Positions 34,640 through 44,152 are shown, numbered from the stretch's first letter. The stretch is DNA of 44,554 bases from Flavobacteriales bacterium (GCA_046596155.1 JBKJNF010000297.1:1-44554); one strand, 5' to 3'. Notes: generated by a model from the sequence alone, not told the origin. Made by a program: numbers and translations.

Positions 34640-35725
34640 GTGGAACCATTCAAGCTCGCCGGGGCGTGCGCCCTGCTCATGCTCATCGGCTGCAAGCCGA
34701 AGACGGAGACCATCACTGCCACCATCGGCCCCATCACGGAAAGCGTTTACGCCAGCGGCGTGATCAAAGCGCAAGGTCAGTATCAAGTATACCCCACCGT
34801 GAACGGTACCGTAACGGCCCTCATGGTGAGAGAGGGCGATACCGTAAAAGCGGGACAACCTTTGCTGCGCATCGACGACCGCAGTAGTAACCTCACCAAC
34901 CGCAGTGCCGGCGTTCAGGTCCGATCACTCGAACGGAAGGCAAGCGATAACGGCCCCGTGCTGTCGCAGTTTCGGGAGGCGGTGTCACAAGCGAAGGATA
35001 AATACGCGTTGGACAGCACCAACTTCGCGAGACAGACGGCGCTCTGGGCCCAGCAGATCGGAAGTCGCAACGATCTTGAACAGCGCGAACTGGCGTTGAA
35101 TACCAGCAAGGCGAACTACACGCGAGCGAAGGAAGCGCTCATCGAATCGCGGGAACGCCTGCGCACTGAACTGGACGTAGCACGCAACAGCGCGGCGATC
35201 AGCAGTGCTGGCAATGACGATCGATCGCCTCGCAGCCTGATCGATGGCCTGGTGTACGACCTGATGATCGAACCGGGCGAACTGGCTACCACCCAGCGCG
35301 CCGTGGCCGTTATCGGCAGCGCCTCCGACCTGTACATCGAACTGGAGGTGGATGAATATGACATCCGCCAGGTGAGACCAGGGCAGATCGCCTACATCAC
35401 CTTGGACAGCTACACGGGACAGGTCTTCCCTGCGGAGATCGCCCGAGTGATCCCCTTGATGGATCCGCGCTCGCGCACTTTCAAGGTGGAGGCACGCTTC
35501 ACCCAAAAGCCCCCGACCCTGTACCCCAACCTCACGGCCGAGGCCAGCATCGTGCTGCGCGTGAAGGAGAAAGCGCTCACCGTGCCTGCGGGCTATGTGG
35601 TCGACGGTGCCTATGTACTCACGGCCCCGGGCGAACGACAGCCGGTGAAGCTTGGTGCACGCGACCTGGAAAAAGTGGAAGTACTTGAAGGCATCGACGC
35701 GAACACTGAACTCTACAAGCCCTGA
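34640..35725 (+). CDS. Efflux-transporter periplasmic adaptor subunit (HlyD/MacA family lipoprotein)
   Basis: GTG start. The lipoprotein signal MEPFKLAGACALLMLIGC is followed by the lipoyl-like hairpin TVNGTVTALMVREGDTVKAGQPLLRID, a coiled-coil segment and a beta-barrel domain. Confidence 0.86.
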   Translation: MEPFKLAGACALLMLIGCKPKTETITATIGPITESVYASGVIKAQGQYQVYPTVNGTVTALMVREGDTVKAGQPLLRIDDRSSNLTNRSAGVQVRSLERKASDNGPVLSQFREAVSQAKDKYALDSTNFARQTALWAQQIGSRNDLEQRELALNTSKANYTRAKEALIESRERLRTELDVARNSAAISSAGNDDRSPRSLIDGLVYDLMIEPGELATTQRAVAVIGSASDLYIELEVDEYDIRQVRPGQIAYITLDSYTGQVFPAEIARVIPLMDPRSRTFKVEARFTQKPPTLYPNLTAEASIVLRVKEKALTVPAGYVVDGAYVLTAPGERQPVKLGARDLEKVEVLEGIDANTELYKP

Positions 35726-35837
35726 CATGATGGCCGCAGAGATGCAGGGTCTCAGCGTCATGATCCGCACTCACCGGTCATGTCGGATCGGCGTTCATGC
35801 ACCACGCATTGCTCAACGCCTACGCGGCCACTAGCGC

Positions 35838-37109
35838 ATGAAGCTCCTCCTCTCTATCGCCGTCACCCTCCTTCGCGCCAAGCTGCGCCAGAGCATCGTG
35901 GCCGCGGTAGGCGTGATGTTCAGCATCACCATGTTCGTCACGCTGCTCGGGTTCATGAACGGATTGAACGACCTGCTGGACGGATTGATCCTGAACCGAA
36001 CGCCACACATCCGGTTGTATAACGAACTGAAGGCATCACCGGTGCAACCGATCGACGAGGCCTACGCACAACAGACCGCGACCGGTGCCGATAGCGTGCA
36101 CCATTTCATCAGCTCTTTGAAACCGAAGAACGACCTGCCGCGTTTGCGCAATGCGGAAGCCATGATGGACGCGCTGAAGAAGGACCCACGTGTTCTGGCG
36201 GTTTCGCCGCGATTGGTGGCACAGGTCTTCTTCAACTCCGGAACGGTGGACCTCAACGGGCAGGTGAACGGGATCGACGTACCGCAAGAAGTGCTCTACT
36301 ACAAGTTCGGCGACTATCTCACGCAAGGCGACCCCAGGGACCTCGCGGTTGGCAACAACACCATTGCCCTGGGCAAAGGGCTGGCGGATATGATGGAGAC
36401 GGGCATCGGTGAAACGGTGCAGGTGACAACCGCCACAGGTGATCGTGCCCTGTTGCGCGTGGTGGGCATCTTCCAGAGCGGTATCGCCGACTATGACAAG
36501 GTGCAGTGCTATGCCAACATCAAAACGGTGCAAAAGCTCCTGGCACGGCCGAGCAGCTACTACACCGACATCAACGTGAAGCTGAACGACCTGCTGATGG
36601 CCCCCGCCATGGCGCAGGAATTTTCCGCGCGGTTCCACGTGGATGCGCTTGACGTGCAGCGGGCCAACGCGCAGTTCGAGACCGGCAGTAACGTGCGCAG
36701 CATCATCAGCTACTCGGTAGGCATCGTGCTGCTGATCGTGGCGGGGTTCGGGATCTACAACATCCTGAACATGATGATCTACGAGAAGCTCGACGCCATC
36801 GCTATTCTGAAGGCTACCGGCTTCAGCGGTAGCGACGTCCGCAGGATCTTCCTGATGCTGAGCATGATCATTGGCATTGTTGGGGGCATTACCGGACTCA
36901 TCGGTGGCGTTACGATGCAGCATATCATCGACAACATCCCCTTCGTCACCGCAGCCCTGCCTACGGTGAAGACCTTCCCCATCGACTACTCGCCGAAGTA
37001 CTACATCATCGCCATTACGTTCGCACTCATCACCACCTGGATCGCGGGCTGGTTCCCTGCGCGCAAGGCCAGCCAAGTGGACCCAGTGGAGATCATCCGT
37101 GGAAAATGA
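35838..37109 (+). CDS. ABC transporter permease, FtsX/MacB/LolE type
   Basis: 423 aa with an N-terminal TM, a ~230-aa periplasmic domain and a C-terminal FtsX-like 3-TM bundle (IISYSVGIVLLIVAGFGIYN ... PARKASQVDPVEIIRG). The stop overlaps the ATPase start. Confidence 0.9.
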   Translation: MKLLLSIAVTLLRAKLRQSIVAAVGVMFSITMFVTLLGFMNGLNDLLDGLILNRTPHIRLYNELKASPVQPIDEAYAQQTATGADSVHHFISSLKPKNDLPRLRNAEAMMDALKKDPRVLAVSPRLVAQVFFNSGTVDLNGQVNGIDVPQEVLYYKFGDYLTQGDPRDLAVGNNTIALGKGLADMMETGIGETVQVTTATGDRALLRVVGIFQSGIADYDKVQCYANIKTVQKLLARPSSYYTDINVKLNDLLMAPAMAQEFSARFHVDALDVQRANAQFETGSNVRSIISYSVGIVLLIVAGFGIYNILNMMIYEKLDAIAILKATGFSGSDVRRIFLMLSMIIGIVGGITGLIGGVTMQHIIDNIPFVTAALPTVKTFPIDYSPKYYIIAITFALITTWIAGWFPARKASQVDPVEIIRGK

Positions 37110-37789
37110 GCGCCATCAAGAACATCCTGGAGGTCAGGAAGGTGAACAAGTCCTTCCATGACCCGGTGACCGTGCCCGTGCTGAAGGACGTCTCGATGGA
37201 TGTGGAACATGGGGAATTCGTGAGCATCACGGGCAAAAGCGGATGTGGCAAGAGCACCTTGCTGTACATCCTGAGCACCATGGATACCGACTTCGAGGGT
37301 GAGGTGAAGATCGACGGAGAACCCACGCGCGGACTTTCCGGTGCACGGTTGGCGCAGATCCGTAACGAAAAGATCGGCTTCGTGTTCCAGTTCCATTACT
37401 TGCTGCCGGAATTCAGCGTGCTCAAGAATGTAATGTTGCCCGGATTAAAGTTGGGGCGGTATAGTGCGGAGGAAGTGGAAGCGCGCGCCATGGGCCTGCT
37501 AAAGGAGCTGGAAATGGACGAGCACGCAGTGAAGATGGCCAACCAGCTGAGCGGTGGCCAGAAGCAACGCGTGGCCATTGCTCGATCGTTGATCAACGAC
37601 CCCATGATCATCATGGGCGATGAGCCCACCGGCAACTTGGATAGTCGAAATAGCGGCATCGTGTTCGACATCTTCAAGAAAATCGCTTCGGAACACAAGC
37701 GCAGCTTATTGGTGGTCACGCATGACAACGACTTCGCGGCGCGCACGGACCGGCAGATCCTGATGGACGACGGACGTATCGTTGGTTGA
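37106..37789 (+). CDS. ABC transporter ATP-binding protein (LolD/MacB-NBD type)
   Basis: Walker A GKSGCGKSTLL, signature LSGGQKQRVAIARSL, Walker B IIMGDEPTGNLD, H-loop VTHD. Confidence 0.95.
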   Translation: MSAIKNILEVRKVNKSFHDPVTVPVLKDVSMDVEHGEFVSITGKSGCGKSTLLYILSTMDTDFEGEVKIDGEPTRGLSGARLAQIRNEKIGFVFQFHYLLPEFSVLKNVMLPGLKLGRYSAEEVEARAMGLLKELEMDEHAVKMANQLSGGQKQRVAIARSLINDPMIIMGDEPTGNLDSRNSGIVFDIFKKIASEHKRSLLVVTHDNDFAARTDRQILMDDGRIVG

Positions 37790-37912
37790 CCGTTCTTTTC
37801 GCGCGCTTTCGGACCGTTGGTAATGCGCTGAAGCCCAGCATTCGGCAGGGAGCGTCTTCGGATCGGCACGCCCGTTGCCATATTCGCCCCGCCTGCAAAA
37901 AGGTAGGAGAAC

Positions 37913-38524
37913 ATGAAAAAGCTGATGACCACCCTGGCCTTTGCTACGACCACAGCCATCGCCAGCGCCCAGTTCCAAGTGAACCCCCAGATCGGGCTCA
38001 ATTTCCAGAAGGTCACCGATGCCAAACCAGGCAGCGATTTCAAAGCGGCCCTCGGATGGACATTAGGTGCGGATGCACGGATCGGAGACCGGTTATTCCT
38101 GCAACCCGGTATATTCATCGGACGCAACACCACCACCATGAGCTTTGGCGAAGGCACGGCAATCGCCGTGAAGGATGATCTGATCCGCACGACCCTGAAG
38201 CTGCGTGCCATGGCCGGTTACCGGATCATCGACACGTACCAGTTCGACATGCGCTTCATGCTCGGACCCAGCTACGATGTACTGATGAGCGTGGACACCA
38301 AGGATAACAACATCGACTGGAACCGTGGTGACTTCAACGCAGGCTCCTTCAACATCGAAGCTGGATTGGGCTTCGATATGGGCCGCTTCACCCTGGCGCC
38401 TACCGCAAGCTTCGGCCTGAGCAAGGTATTCAAGGACAACCCGAACGTGAGCAACGTGGATAGCAAGTACATGACCTACGGCCTCACCATCGGTATGAAC
38501 TTCGGCGACGACGACGCGCAGTAA
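37913..38524 (+). CDS. Small outer-membrane beta-barrel (porin-family) protein
   Basis: Signal peptide MKKLMTTLAFATTTAIASAQ. The sequence has alternating beta-strand patterns and a terminal aromatic segment (YGLTIGMNFGDDDAQ). Confidence 0.78.
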   Translation: MKKLMTTLAFATTTAIASAQFQVNPQIGLNFQKVTDAKPGSDFKAALGWTLGADARIGDRLFLQPGIFIGRNTTTMSFGEGTAIAVKDDLIRTTLKLRAMAGYRIIDTYQFDMRFMLGPSYDVLMSVDTKDNNIDWNRGDFNAGSFNIEAGLGFDMGRFTLAPTASFGLSKVFKDNPNVSNVDSKYMTYGLTIGMNFGDDDAQ

Positions 38525-38546
38525 AGTTCCACCTAGAACAAATAGG

Positions 38547-38573
38547 AAGGCCGCCCCGAGGGGCGGCTTTGCT
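38547..38573. terminator. Hairpin between convergent genes (bidirectional terminator candidate)
   Basis: AAGGCCGCCC (38547-38556), loop CGAG, GGGCGGCTTT (38561-38570). T-rich sequence follows on the plus strand. Confidence 0.6.
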
Positions 38574-38590
38574 ATCTTCAAAGATCGACA

Positions 38591-39814
38591 TCAATCCACT
38601 TTCACCACGCGGCTCACACGGAGCTGGATCCCTTGGACAATTAGAGTGTACATCCCATTGGGTATGGCGGATAGGTCCAGCGCCAGCGCGCCGGGCACAA
38701 CATTCATCTGCAATACAACGCGACCTGCAGCATCCACCAACGTCAAGGCGCTGCGCTCTTCGATACGCACGTTCAACTGTCCCATCGTAGGATTCGGATA
38801 TAGAGAGGGCTGCACGGTGACCATGTCATCCGCCACCGTTAGAGGCAACTGGCCGCAGCTGATCGCATTTCCGCATGTCACGTCCGCGCAGAAGCGGGCA
38901 ACGGCACCAAACGCATTCTCCGTGTCGTACGTAAGGTAACCGACGTGTTGTGAGCCTGGGTAGCTCACGAAACAGTTCTCAATGCCCTCGTGGTCCAAAC
39001 GACGGTGCACGTCGCTACTTCCGGATGCGATCAAGCCGGTTGGTATACCGATCACGCTAACTTCTTCTGTACCATACGGCACAACCCCATCCCCTTCCTC
39101 GTGCAGGCTTATGCAGGGCTGGTCGCCTGGCTGTATCCAGGACGTGTCGCCGATAGCGCCACTCATGCTCCAGCAGGCCACCACATCGCTCGAGTAGGTG
39201 GGCCACCCGCTATTCCCTTCGATGCCACCTATGGTCATGGTATCCGGATACATGATGGGCGGGATCTCCGATGATTGATCAAGGTAAGTGACCTGCAAGG
39301 CACCGATACCTCCGGCGCTAATGCCGCCCACAATGATGCGGTCCGGGTCAATGCCATAGGGGTTGCCATCCACAGCAGCCGTCTTCCGAAGGCAACGGAT
39401 CGCGGCGCGCATATCGTGCATGCAGCGCACTACGGCGAGTTCCGTGGTGTGTGCGTTGGGAAAGAAGAAGCCGACCCGATAATCCGGGGCTACGGCCACA
39501 TAGCCCAAGTGTGCGAATCGTTCACACAGATCGGCCACATCACTGCGTTGCCCAGTGATGAAAGAACCGCCATACGCCACAACCACAACAGGACGTGCCG
39601 ACAACACATCACCCACCGGTTGGTAAATGTCCATCCGCAAGGTCTGTGTACCTCCCCCGGAAACAGGCGTATTGCTGCCGAACGTCACGGCGGAGGTTAC
39701 CATCACCGAATCGAAGTACATCGGGTCGAGGTACCTGCCATTACTGCATTCAGATTGGGCGAATACAGAGGATGCAAGCCCCGTGGCGATCAGAAGAGCG
39801 GAAAGGTGCTTCAT
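38591..39814 (-). CDS. Secreted alpha/beta-hydrolase (esterase/lipase) with a T9SS C-terminal sorting domain
   Basis: ATG 39814 gives MKHLSALLIATGLASSVFAQ. Oxyanion-region VVVVAYGGSFITG and nucleophile elbow GGISAGG (GxSxG) are present. The tail is LYPNPTMGQLNVRIEERSALTLVDAAGRVV...IPNGMYTLIVQGIQLRVSRVVKVD. Confidence 0.85.
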   Translation of the reverse strand: MKHLSALLIATGLASSVFAQSECSNGRYLDPMYFDSVMVTSAVTFGSNTPVSGGGTQTLRMDIYQPVGDVLSARPVVVVAYGGSFITGQRSDVADLCERFAHLGYVAVAPDYRVGFFFPNAHTTELAVVRCMHDMRAAIRCLRKTAAVDGNPYGIDPDRIIVGGISAGGIGALQVTYLDQSSEIPPIMYPDTMTIGGIEGNSGWPTYSSDVVACWSMSGAIGDTSWIQPGDQPCISLHEEGDGVVPYGTEEVSVIGIPTGLIASGSSDVHRRLDHEGIENCFVSYPGSQHVGYLTYDTENAFGAVARFCADVTCGNAISCGQLPLTVADDMVTVQPSLYPNPTMGQLNVRIEERSALTLVDAAGRVVLQMNVVPGALALDLSAIPNGMYTLIVQGIQLRVSRVVKVD

Positions 39815-39921
39815 GCGCTTGGCCGGGTTTGGCCGCAAAGTAGTCCTTCCCTTAACACCCTGCCGAGGCTGCGACAAATGACCGGTATCGATCGATAGAT
39901 GCGGCCGGAGCTCCCGCCGGA

Positions 39922-42900
39922 TCAGCGGCTGGGTTTCACGATAGGCCGCGTGCGGGCCGCCACGGCATCATGCACCACTTCCTGGATCCGCGTGCGGATG
40001 TTCAGTTCGCTGAGCTTCTTGTTCTCGGCGCTGGGGTTGATCCGGTTGCTCAGGAAGACATAGATCGTACTGTCCGCGGGGTCGGCCCAGATCTGTGTGC
40101 CGGTGAATCCGGTATGTCCGAAGCTCAAGTAGCTTACACATTCGCAGGCCGGTCCTGGCTTACCTGCAGGCTGGGGCTTGTCCCAACCCAGGCCGCGCCG
40201 GTTGTCCTTGCCATTGGGGGCGGGCAATGCGTTGGGTTTGCAGAACTGGCACTTGGTGAAATCCGCGATGGTACTGTCATGCAGGTAACGCACACCTGCA
40301 TATGTGCCACCGTTCAGCAGCATTTGCATGATCACGGCCAGATCGCCTGCATTGCTGAAGAGGCCCGCGTGACCAGCAACACCACCCAGCATAGCAGCGC
40401 CCTGGTCGTGCACATCGCCCTGGATCAGACGCATACGGAAATCGTGATCATCCTCGGTGGGCATGAGTCGATCCTTGGGAAAACGCTGCCAGGGTCGGTA
40501 TCCCATGGTGGCCAAGCCAAGCGGACGGTAGAAGATGGAATCAAGGTAGGTGTCCAAGGTTTTTCCGCTCACACGTTCCACCACGCGCGCCAACATGTGG
40601 AAGTCGAGGTCGCTGTACAAGTAGTTGCCCCGGGGCGCCACAGGGGCAGCGAGCATGGCGGACCACAGACTGTCCTGGTACGCAGGTTTCATGTACACGC
40701 CCTCGGCCACGCGCACCGTGTGAACGTGATCCAGAGTATCGGCGAACACATCGGCGCGGAGCGATCCAGTGCGCACAAGGCTGCGGTAGTAGGGGACGAA
40801 GGCCACCATGCCCGCTTGGTGCGTGAGCAGATCACGCAGCACCGAATGTCCATGTGCGGGATGCTCGTCGGCGAGTTCAGGGAGATAAGTGGCCAGATCC
40901 TTGTCCAGATCGATGCGGCCTTGCTCCGTCAGTTTCATCACGGCGAGCGTAGTCCCCACCACCTTGGAGACGCTGGCCAGGTCATAAAGGTCATCGGTGC
41001 GCACCCGGCGGCCGCCGTAAGTGGTTTTCCCATATGCCTTATTCCATAGCACATCGCCTCCCCGCGCAACGAGTACTTCACAGCCCGGGAAGGCCTGCTT
41101 CGCGATCGCATCGTTCACGATGGCATCAATACGTTTAAGATCCGCGGTGAGCACCCCGGCCGCTTCCGGCGCAGTGTAGGCCAATCTGTCCGCGCGATCG
41201 ATGGTCAATCCGTCGCCAACGTTGAAAAAGGAGGAGGCCGAGACCGGAAGATGCCCATTTGCCGGAATGGCACCGAAGATCATCTGGGCCACCAGGTCCT
41301 GTGTGTCATCATTCTCCTCATACGCCACCACCAGACCGCTCATGCGCTGTGCACCGTAGGCCTGGGTAAGGCGGTAAGGACTTGCGAAGAGCGCGAAGAC
41401 GGTCCGCTGTTGATCACTAAGGCGGCGCAGAAAGTCGAGCGTGACCTGAGGCACACCGAACTCCTTGTCGGCCCTGAAGGTGGTGCCGTGCACCGAGGCG
41501 ATCACCAGATCGTACTGCTTCAATTTGTTCAGCAGCACTTCGGCACTATCCGCGTTGAGCACTTTGTCACTACGAAATTCTGCGATGCGCGCATACCGGC
41601 CGAGGTACTGTTGGAACACACCATGCGCGGTGTCGCCGATGGCGAGCGACGCAATGCGCAGGTTGTTGACACGACGGATCGGCAGAACATGTTCATTACG
41701 AAGAACGGTGATGGCGTTCTGGTAAAGTGACCTTCGCAGCCATTTGGCGGCGGGCAGGTTCAGCTCATCGGCGATGTTGGCCACCTCGATGGGATCCAGA
41801 TGCGAAAGTCCCGCCCACTCCTTTGCCCGGAGCAGCTTCAGGCACTTGTGGTCGATCATTTCACGAGGCACAATGCCGCTGTCCACGGCCTGCATGATGC
41901 GGTCGATCGCCTTTCCGGGGTTCTGAGGAAAGAGCAGCACATCGTTGCCGGCGAGCAAGGCGCGTAGTTCGATCTCCCCTGGCTTGTCCGCGTTGGCAAC
42001 ACCCTTCATATTTAGGGCATCAGTGAAGATCAGGCCTTTAAAGCCGAGCTCCTTCTCCAACAGATCGCTCACGATCGCGTGGCTTAGCGTGCTGGGCATA
42101 CCCGGCGTTGTATCCAGCGCAGGTACTTCAAGGTGGCCCACCATCACAGCGCTAAGGCCTTCGGCCACCATGCGCTCGAATGGATACAACTCTAACGAAT
42201 CGAGACGCGCGCGGGTCTGTGCGATCAACGGAAGTCCAAGGTGGCTGTCGGTATCCGTATCCCCATGTCCGGGGAAGTGCTTGGCCGTGGCGATCACGCC
42301 GCCGTTCTGCAGACCGCGCATGTAGGCGATGGACTTGCGCGCCACCAGCTCGCGCCCTTCACCAAAGCTGCGATCGTTGATCACCGGGTTCGCCGGATTG
42401 TTGTTCACATCAGCTACGGGACTAAAGCTCACCTGCACGCCGAGGCGTTTCATCTGGCGTGCGATCTCGCCGCCCATGGCTTCGATCTGCTCGTCGCTCT
42501 GCAAGGCACCGAGCGTCATTTGCTTGGGGAAGCGCATGGTGCTGTCCAGTCGCATGGCCAGTCCCCATTCAAGGTCCATGCCCACGAGGAGCGGCGTGCG
42601 GGCCAGCTTCTGGTAGTGGTTTGTGAGCGTGGCCTGGCGCGCCGGTCCACCTTGGAAGAAGATGAGACCACCTATATTACGCTGGCGTACGAGGTCCTCG
42701 ATCTCACGCACATGCTCGCGGCCCTTGTTGCTCCACGCGGCCACCATCATAAGTTGTGCGATGCGCTCCTCGATGCTGAGGCTTTGAAGCACGCTATCGG
42801 CCCAGGGCATGGGGCCGTTCATGAAGGCCGGATCCTCACGGCGTTCGACGGCCAACGGGGTGCGACCGCCAAAGGACATCAGCGCCACGGCGGTAACACC

Positions 42901-42924
42901 GAGCAGGATGGGAAAACGCTTCAT
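39922..42924 (-). CDS. Fusion of a glycoside hydrolase family 3 domain (NagZ-like) with a beta-lactamase-fold serine hydrolase
   Basis: N-terminal half: GH3 blocks KHFPGHGDTDTDSHLGLP and GLIFTDALNMKG. C-terminal half: SxxK (LASVSKVVGTT), YSD (NYLYSDLDF) and HTG (FGHTGFTGT), the motifs of class-C/family-VIII serine hydrolases. Confidence 0.92.
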   Translation of the reverse strand: MKRFPILLGVTAVALMSFGGRTPLAVERREDPAFMNGPMPWADSVLQSLSIEERIAQLMMVAAWSNKGREHVREIEDLVRQRNIGGLIFFQGGPARQATLTNHYQKLARTPLLVGMDLEWGLAMRLDSTMRFPKQMTLGALQSDEQIEAMGGEIARQMKRLGVQVSFSPVADVNNNPANPVINDRSFGEGRELVARKSIAYMRGLQNGGVIATAKHFPGHGDTDTDSHLGLPLIAQTRARLDSLELYPFERMVAEGLSAVMVGHLEVPALDTTPGMPSTLSHAIVSDLLEKELGFKGLIFTDALNMKGVANADKPGEIELRALLAGNDVLLFPQNPGKAIDRIMQAVDSGIVPREMIDHKCLKLLRAKEWAGLSHLDPIEVANIADELNLPAAKWLRRSLYQNAITVLRNEHVLPIRRVNNLRIASLAIGDTAHGVFQQYLGRYARIAEFRSDKVLNADSAEVLLNKLKQYDLVIASVHGTTFRADKEFGVPQVTLDFLRRLSDQQRTVFALFASPYRLTQAYGAQRMSGLVVAYEENDDTQDLVAQMIFGAIPANGHLPVSASSFFNVGDGLTIDRADRLAYTAPEAAGVLTADLKRIDAIVNDAIAKQAFPGCEVLVARGGDVLWNKAYGKTTYGGRRVRTDDLYDLASVSKVVGTTLAVMKLTEQGRIDLDKDLATYLPELADEHPAHGHSVLRDLLTHQAGMVAFVPYYRSLVRTGSLRADVFADTLDHVHTVRVAEGVYMKPAYQDSLWSAMLAAPVAPRGNYLYSDLDFHMLARVVERVSGKTLDTYLDSIFYRPLGLATMGYRPWQRFPKDRLMPTEDDHDFRMRLIQGDVHDQGAAMLGGVAGHAGLFSNAGDLAVIMQMLLNGGTYAGVRYLHDSTIADFTKCQFCKPNALPAPNGKDNRRGLGWDKPQPAGKPGPACECVSYLSFGHTGFTGTQIWADPADSTIYVFLSNRINPSAENKKLSELNIRTRIQEVVHDAVAARTRPIVKPSR

Positions 42925-43262
42925 TTCTGGGAAAAGGGCCGGGGCCTGTGACTACAACGGCAAAACTACCGGCACCTGTACGGGAGGGTGGGCAAGGCAC
43001 GGGCCAGTTTTGAACAGTGAGGCACCGATAGCGATGGAACACTGGTTTCGAGGGAAATGGACGCAGATGACGCTGGCTCCAGCATAAAATTCCTGCAAAG
43101 GGTCTACCTGATGCGAACTGGTGGACGCGGATGAATTTGAAAGCCACGGCCTGCGCGCCCTGCGTCCCTGCGGTGAAAAACGCGAGTTCCGGCTTTCGCC
43201 CTACTTTCGCGCCCGGACCGCCAACGCCATGTAGGCCAGGCGCAAACAACAAACACGACAAC

Positions 43263-43409
43263 ATGCCACAGGATAGCGGTGCCCGATTGAACGCCAAGCG
43301 CAAAGCCACCTTGAAGATCGCCAAGCGCGCTGCCGCTGCGGAAGCTGCCGGAAAGGGCCGCGCAGAAGGCACCACCGGCCGCAAGAAGGCCGACAAGAAG
43401 AAGAGCTGA
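43263..43409 (+). CDS. 48-aa highly basic Lys/Arg/Ala-rich protein, unknown function
   Basis: MPQDSGARLNAKRKATLKIAKRAAAAEAAGKGRAEGTTGRKKADKKKS has 15 K/R in 48 residues. It has an A-rich leader (AACAAACACGACAAC) and is followed by a strong terminator. The track ORF start at 43131 is unsupported. Confidence 0.55.
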   Translation: MPQDSGARLNAKRKATLKIAKRAAAAEAAGKGRAEGTTGRKKADKKKS

Positions 43410-43425
43410 ACCACCTGTTCCGCAC

Positions 43426-43455
43426 AAAAAAGCCCTGCGAGATGCGGGGCTTTTT
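43426..43455 (+). terminator. Strong intrinsic terminator
   Basis: AAAAA-AGCCCTGC-GAGAT-GCGGGGCT-TTTTT: 8-bp GC-rich stem (one G.U pair), 5-nt loop, T5 tract and a matching upstream A-tract. Confidence 0.8.
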
Positions 43456-43627
43456 CATTCGATCATGTTCCGGGGTCCGAATTTTTAGGTTCGTTCAACA
43501 CCAACATCGCGGAATTGCGCGATCCGGGACTGTCCCCTGTCGAAATGCCCGCTTGCGGCGCGGAACCTCGACAACGGCGATGCGTATCCACCGCTGTCCT
43601 TCGTCCAACAACGAAAACCGAACCATC

Positions 43628-44140
43628 ATGCACGCACGGAACCACACATTGAACCTTGGCTTCTGCATCACGGCGCTATTCAACCTGACCACCTGGACCC
43701 ACGCCAGTTCGCCACCAGCCTTTCCGATGGACGAAGCGGTGGTGATCACCGGTTGGCTGCAAACGCAAGATCTCACCATGGTCGGAGCTGTGGTGTCCAT
43801 TGAGGTGAACGGCGAGTATCAGTCCACTACGGTTCCAGAGTCCGGACGTTTCGAACTCACCCTGCCGGCCGATTTAGAGGCCACCCTACGCTTCGAGAAA
43901 CCAGGCCACCTGCCCAAGGAAGTTGTGGTGGATACGCACCATGTGAACGACGGGGGCTTTGACGGTAGGACCCGTCACGTGAAGTTCGCCGTGATCCTGG
44001 AATTGGAGCGTCGTATGGGCGGACTCATCTATCCAGGCCCGGTGGGATCGCTCGGATTCGACAAGGACGGCGGCTGCATGGCCGTGGCCCACGACCGCAC
44101 CCTTGTACCCGCCGGTCGCGATAGGATCATGGTGTTCTGA
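43628..44140 (+). CDS. Secreted CarboxypepD_reg-like protein, paralogous to the N-terminal module of 24844..26076
   Basis: ATG 43628. VVITGWLQTQDLTMVGAVVSIEVNGEYQSTTVPESGRFELTLPADLEATLRFEKPGHLPKEVVVDTH aligns with GRVKVDGGSLEGVKVIVY...YQLEFVKDGFVTKKLDFDTN of the other protein. Confidence 0.68.
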   Translation: MHARNHTLNLGFCITALFNLTTWTHASSPPAFPMDEAVVITGWLQTQDLTMVGAVVSIEVNGEYQSTTVPESGRFELTLPADLEATLRFEKPGHLPKEVVVDTHHVNDGGFDGRTRHVKFAVILELERRMGGLIYPGPVGSLGFDKDGGCMAVAHDRTLVPAGRDRIMVF

Positions 44141-44152
44141 GCAGGAAATAGC

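Noticed and set aside
34985-35770. 261-aa minus-strand ORF
   Set aside because: It is antisense to the HlyD-family adaptor gene.
36036-37076. 346-aa minus-strand ORF
   Set aside because: It is antisense to the FtsX/MacB-type permease. It is rich in Arg/His/Asp/Gly with no TM segments or motifs.
37396-38211. 271-aa minus-strand ORF spanning the ABC ATPase 3' half and the beta-barrel gene 5' end
   Set aside because: It is antisense to two well-supported genes and crosses their intergenic region. The sequence is low-complexity and Ser/Arg/Pro-rich.
39970-41049. 359-aa plus-strand ORF (and 42241..42951, 236 aa)
   Set aside because: Both are antisense to the GH3/beta-lactamase fusion gene, which has unambiguous catalytic motifs.
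43131-43262. Upstream 44 codons of the 92-aa track ORF
   Set aside because: The composition is Pro/Ala/Cys-rich and unlike the basic C-terminal part. The internal ATG at 43263 has an A-rich leader typical of Bacteroidota starts. I keep only the 48-aa version, at modest confidence.
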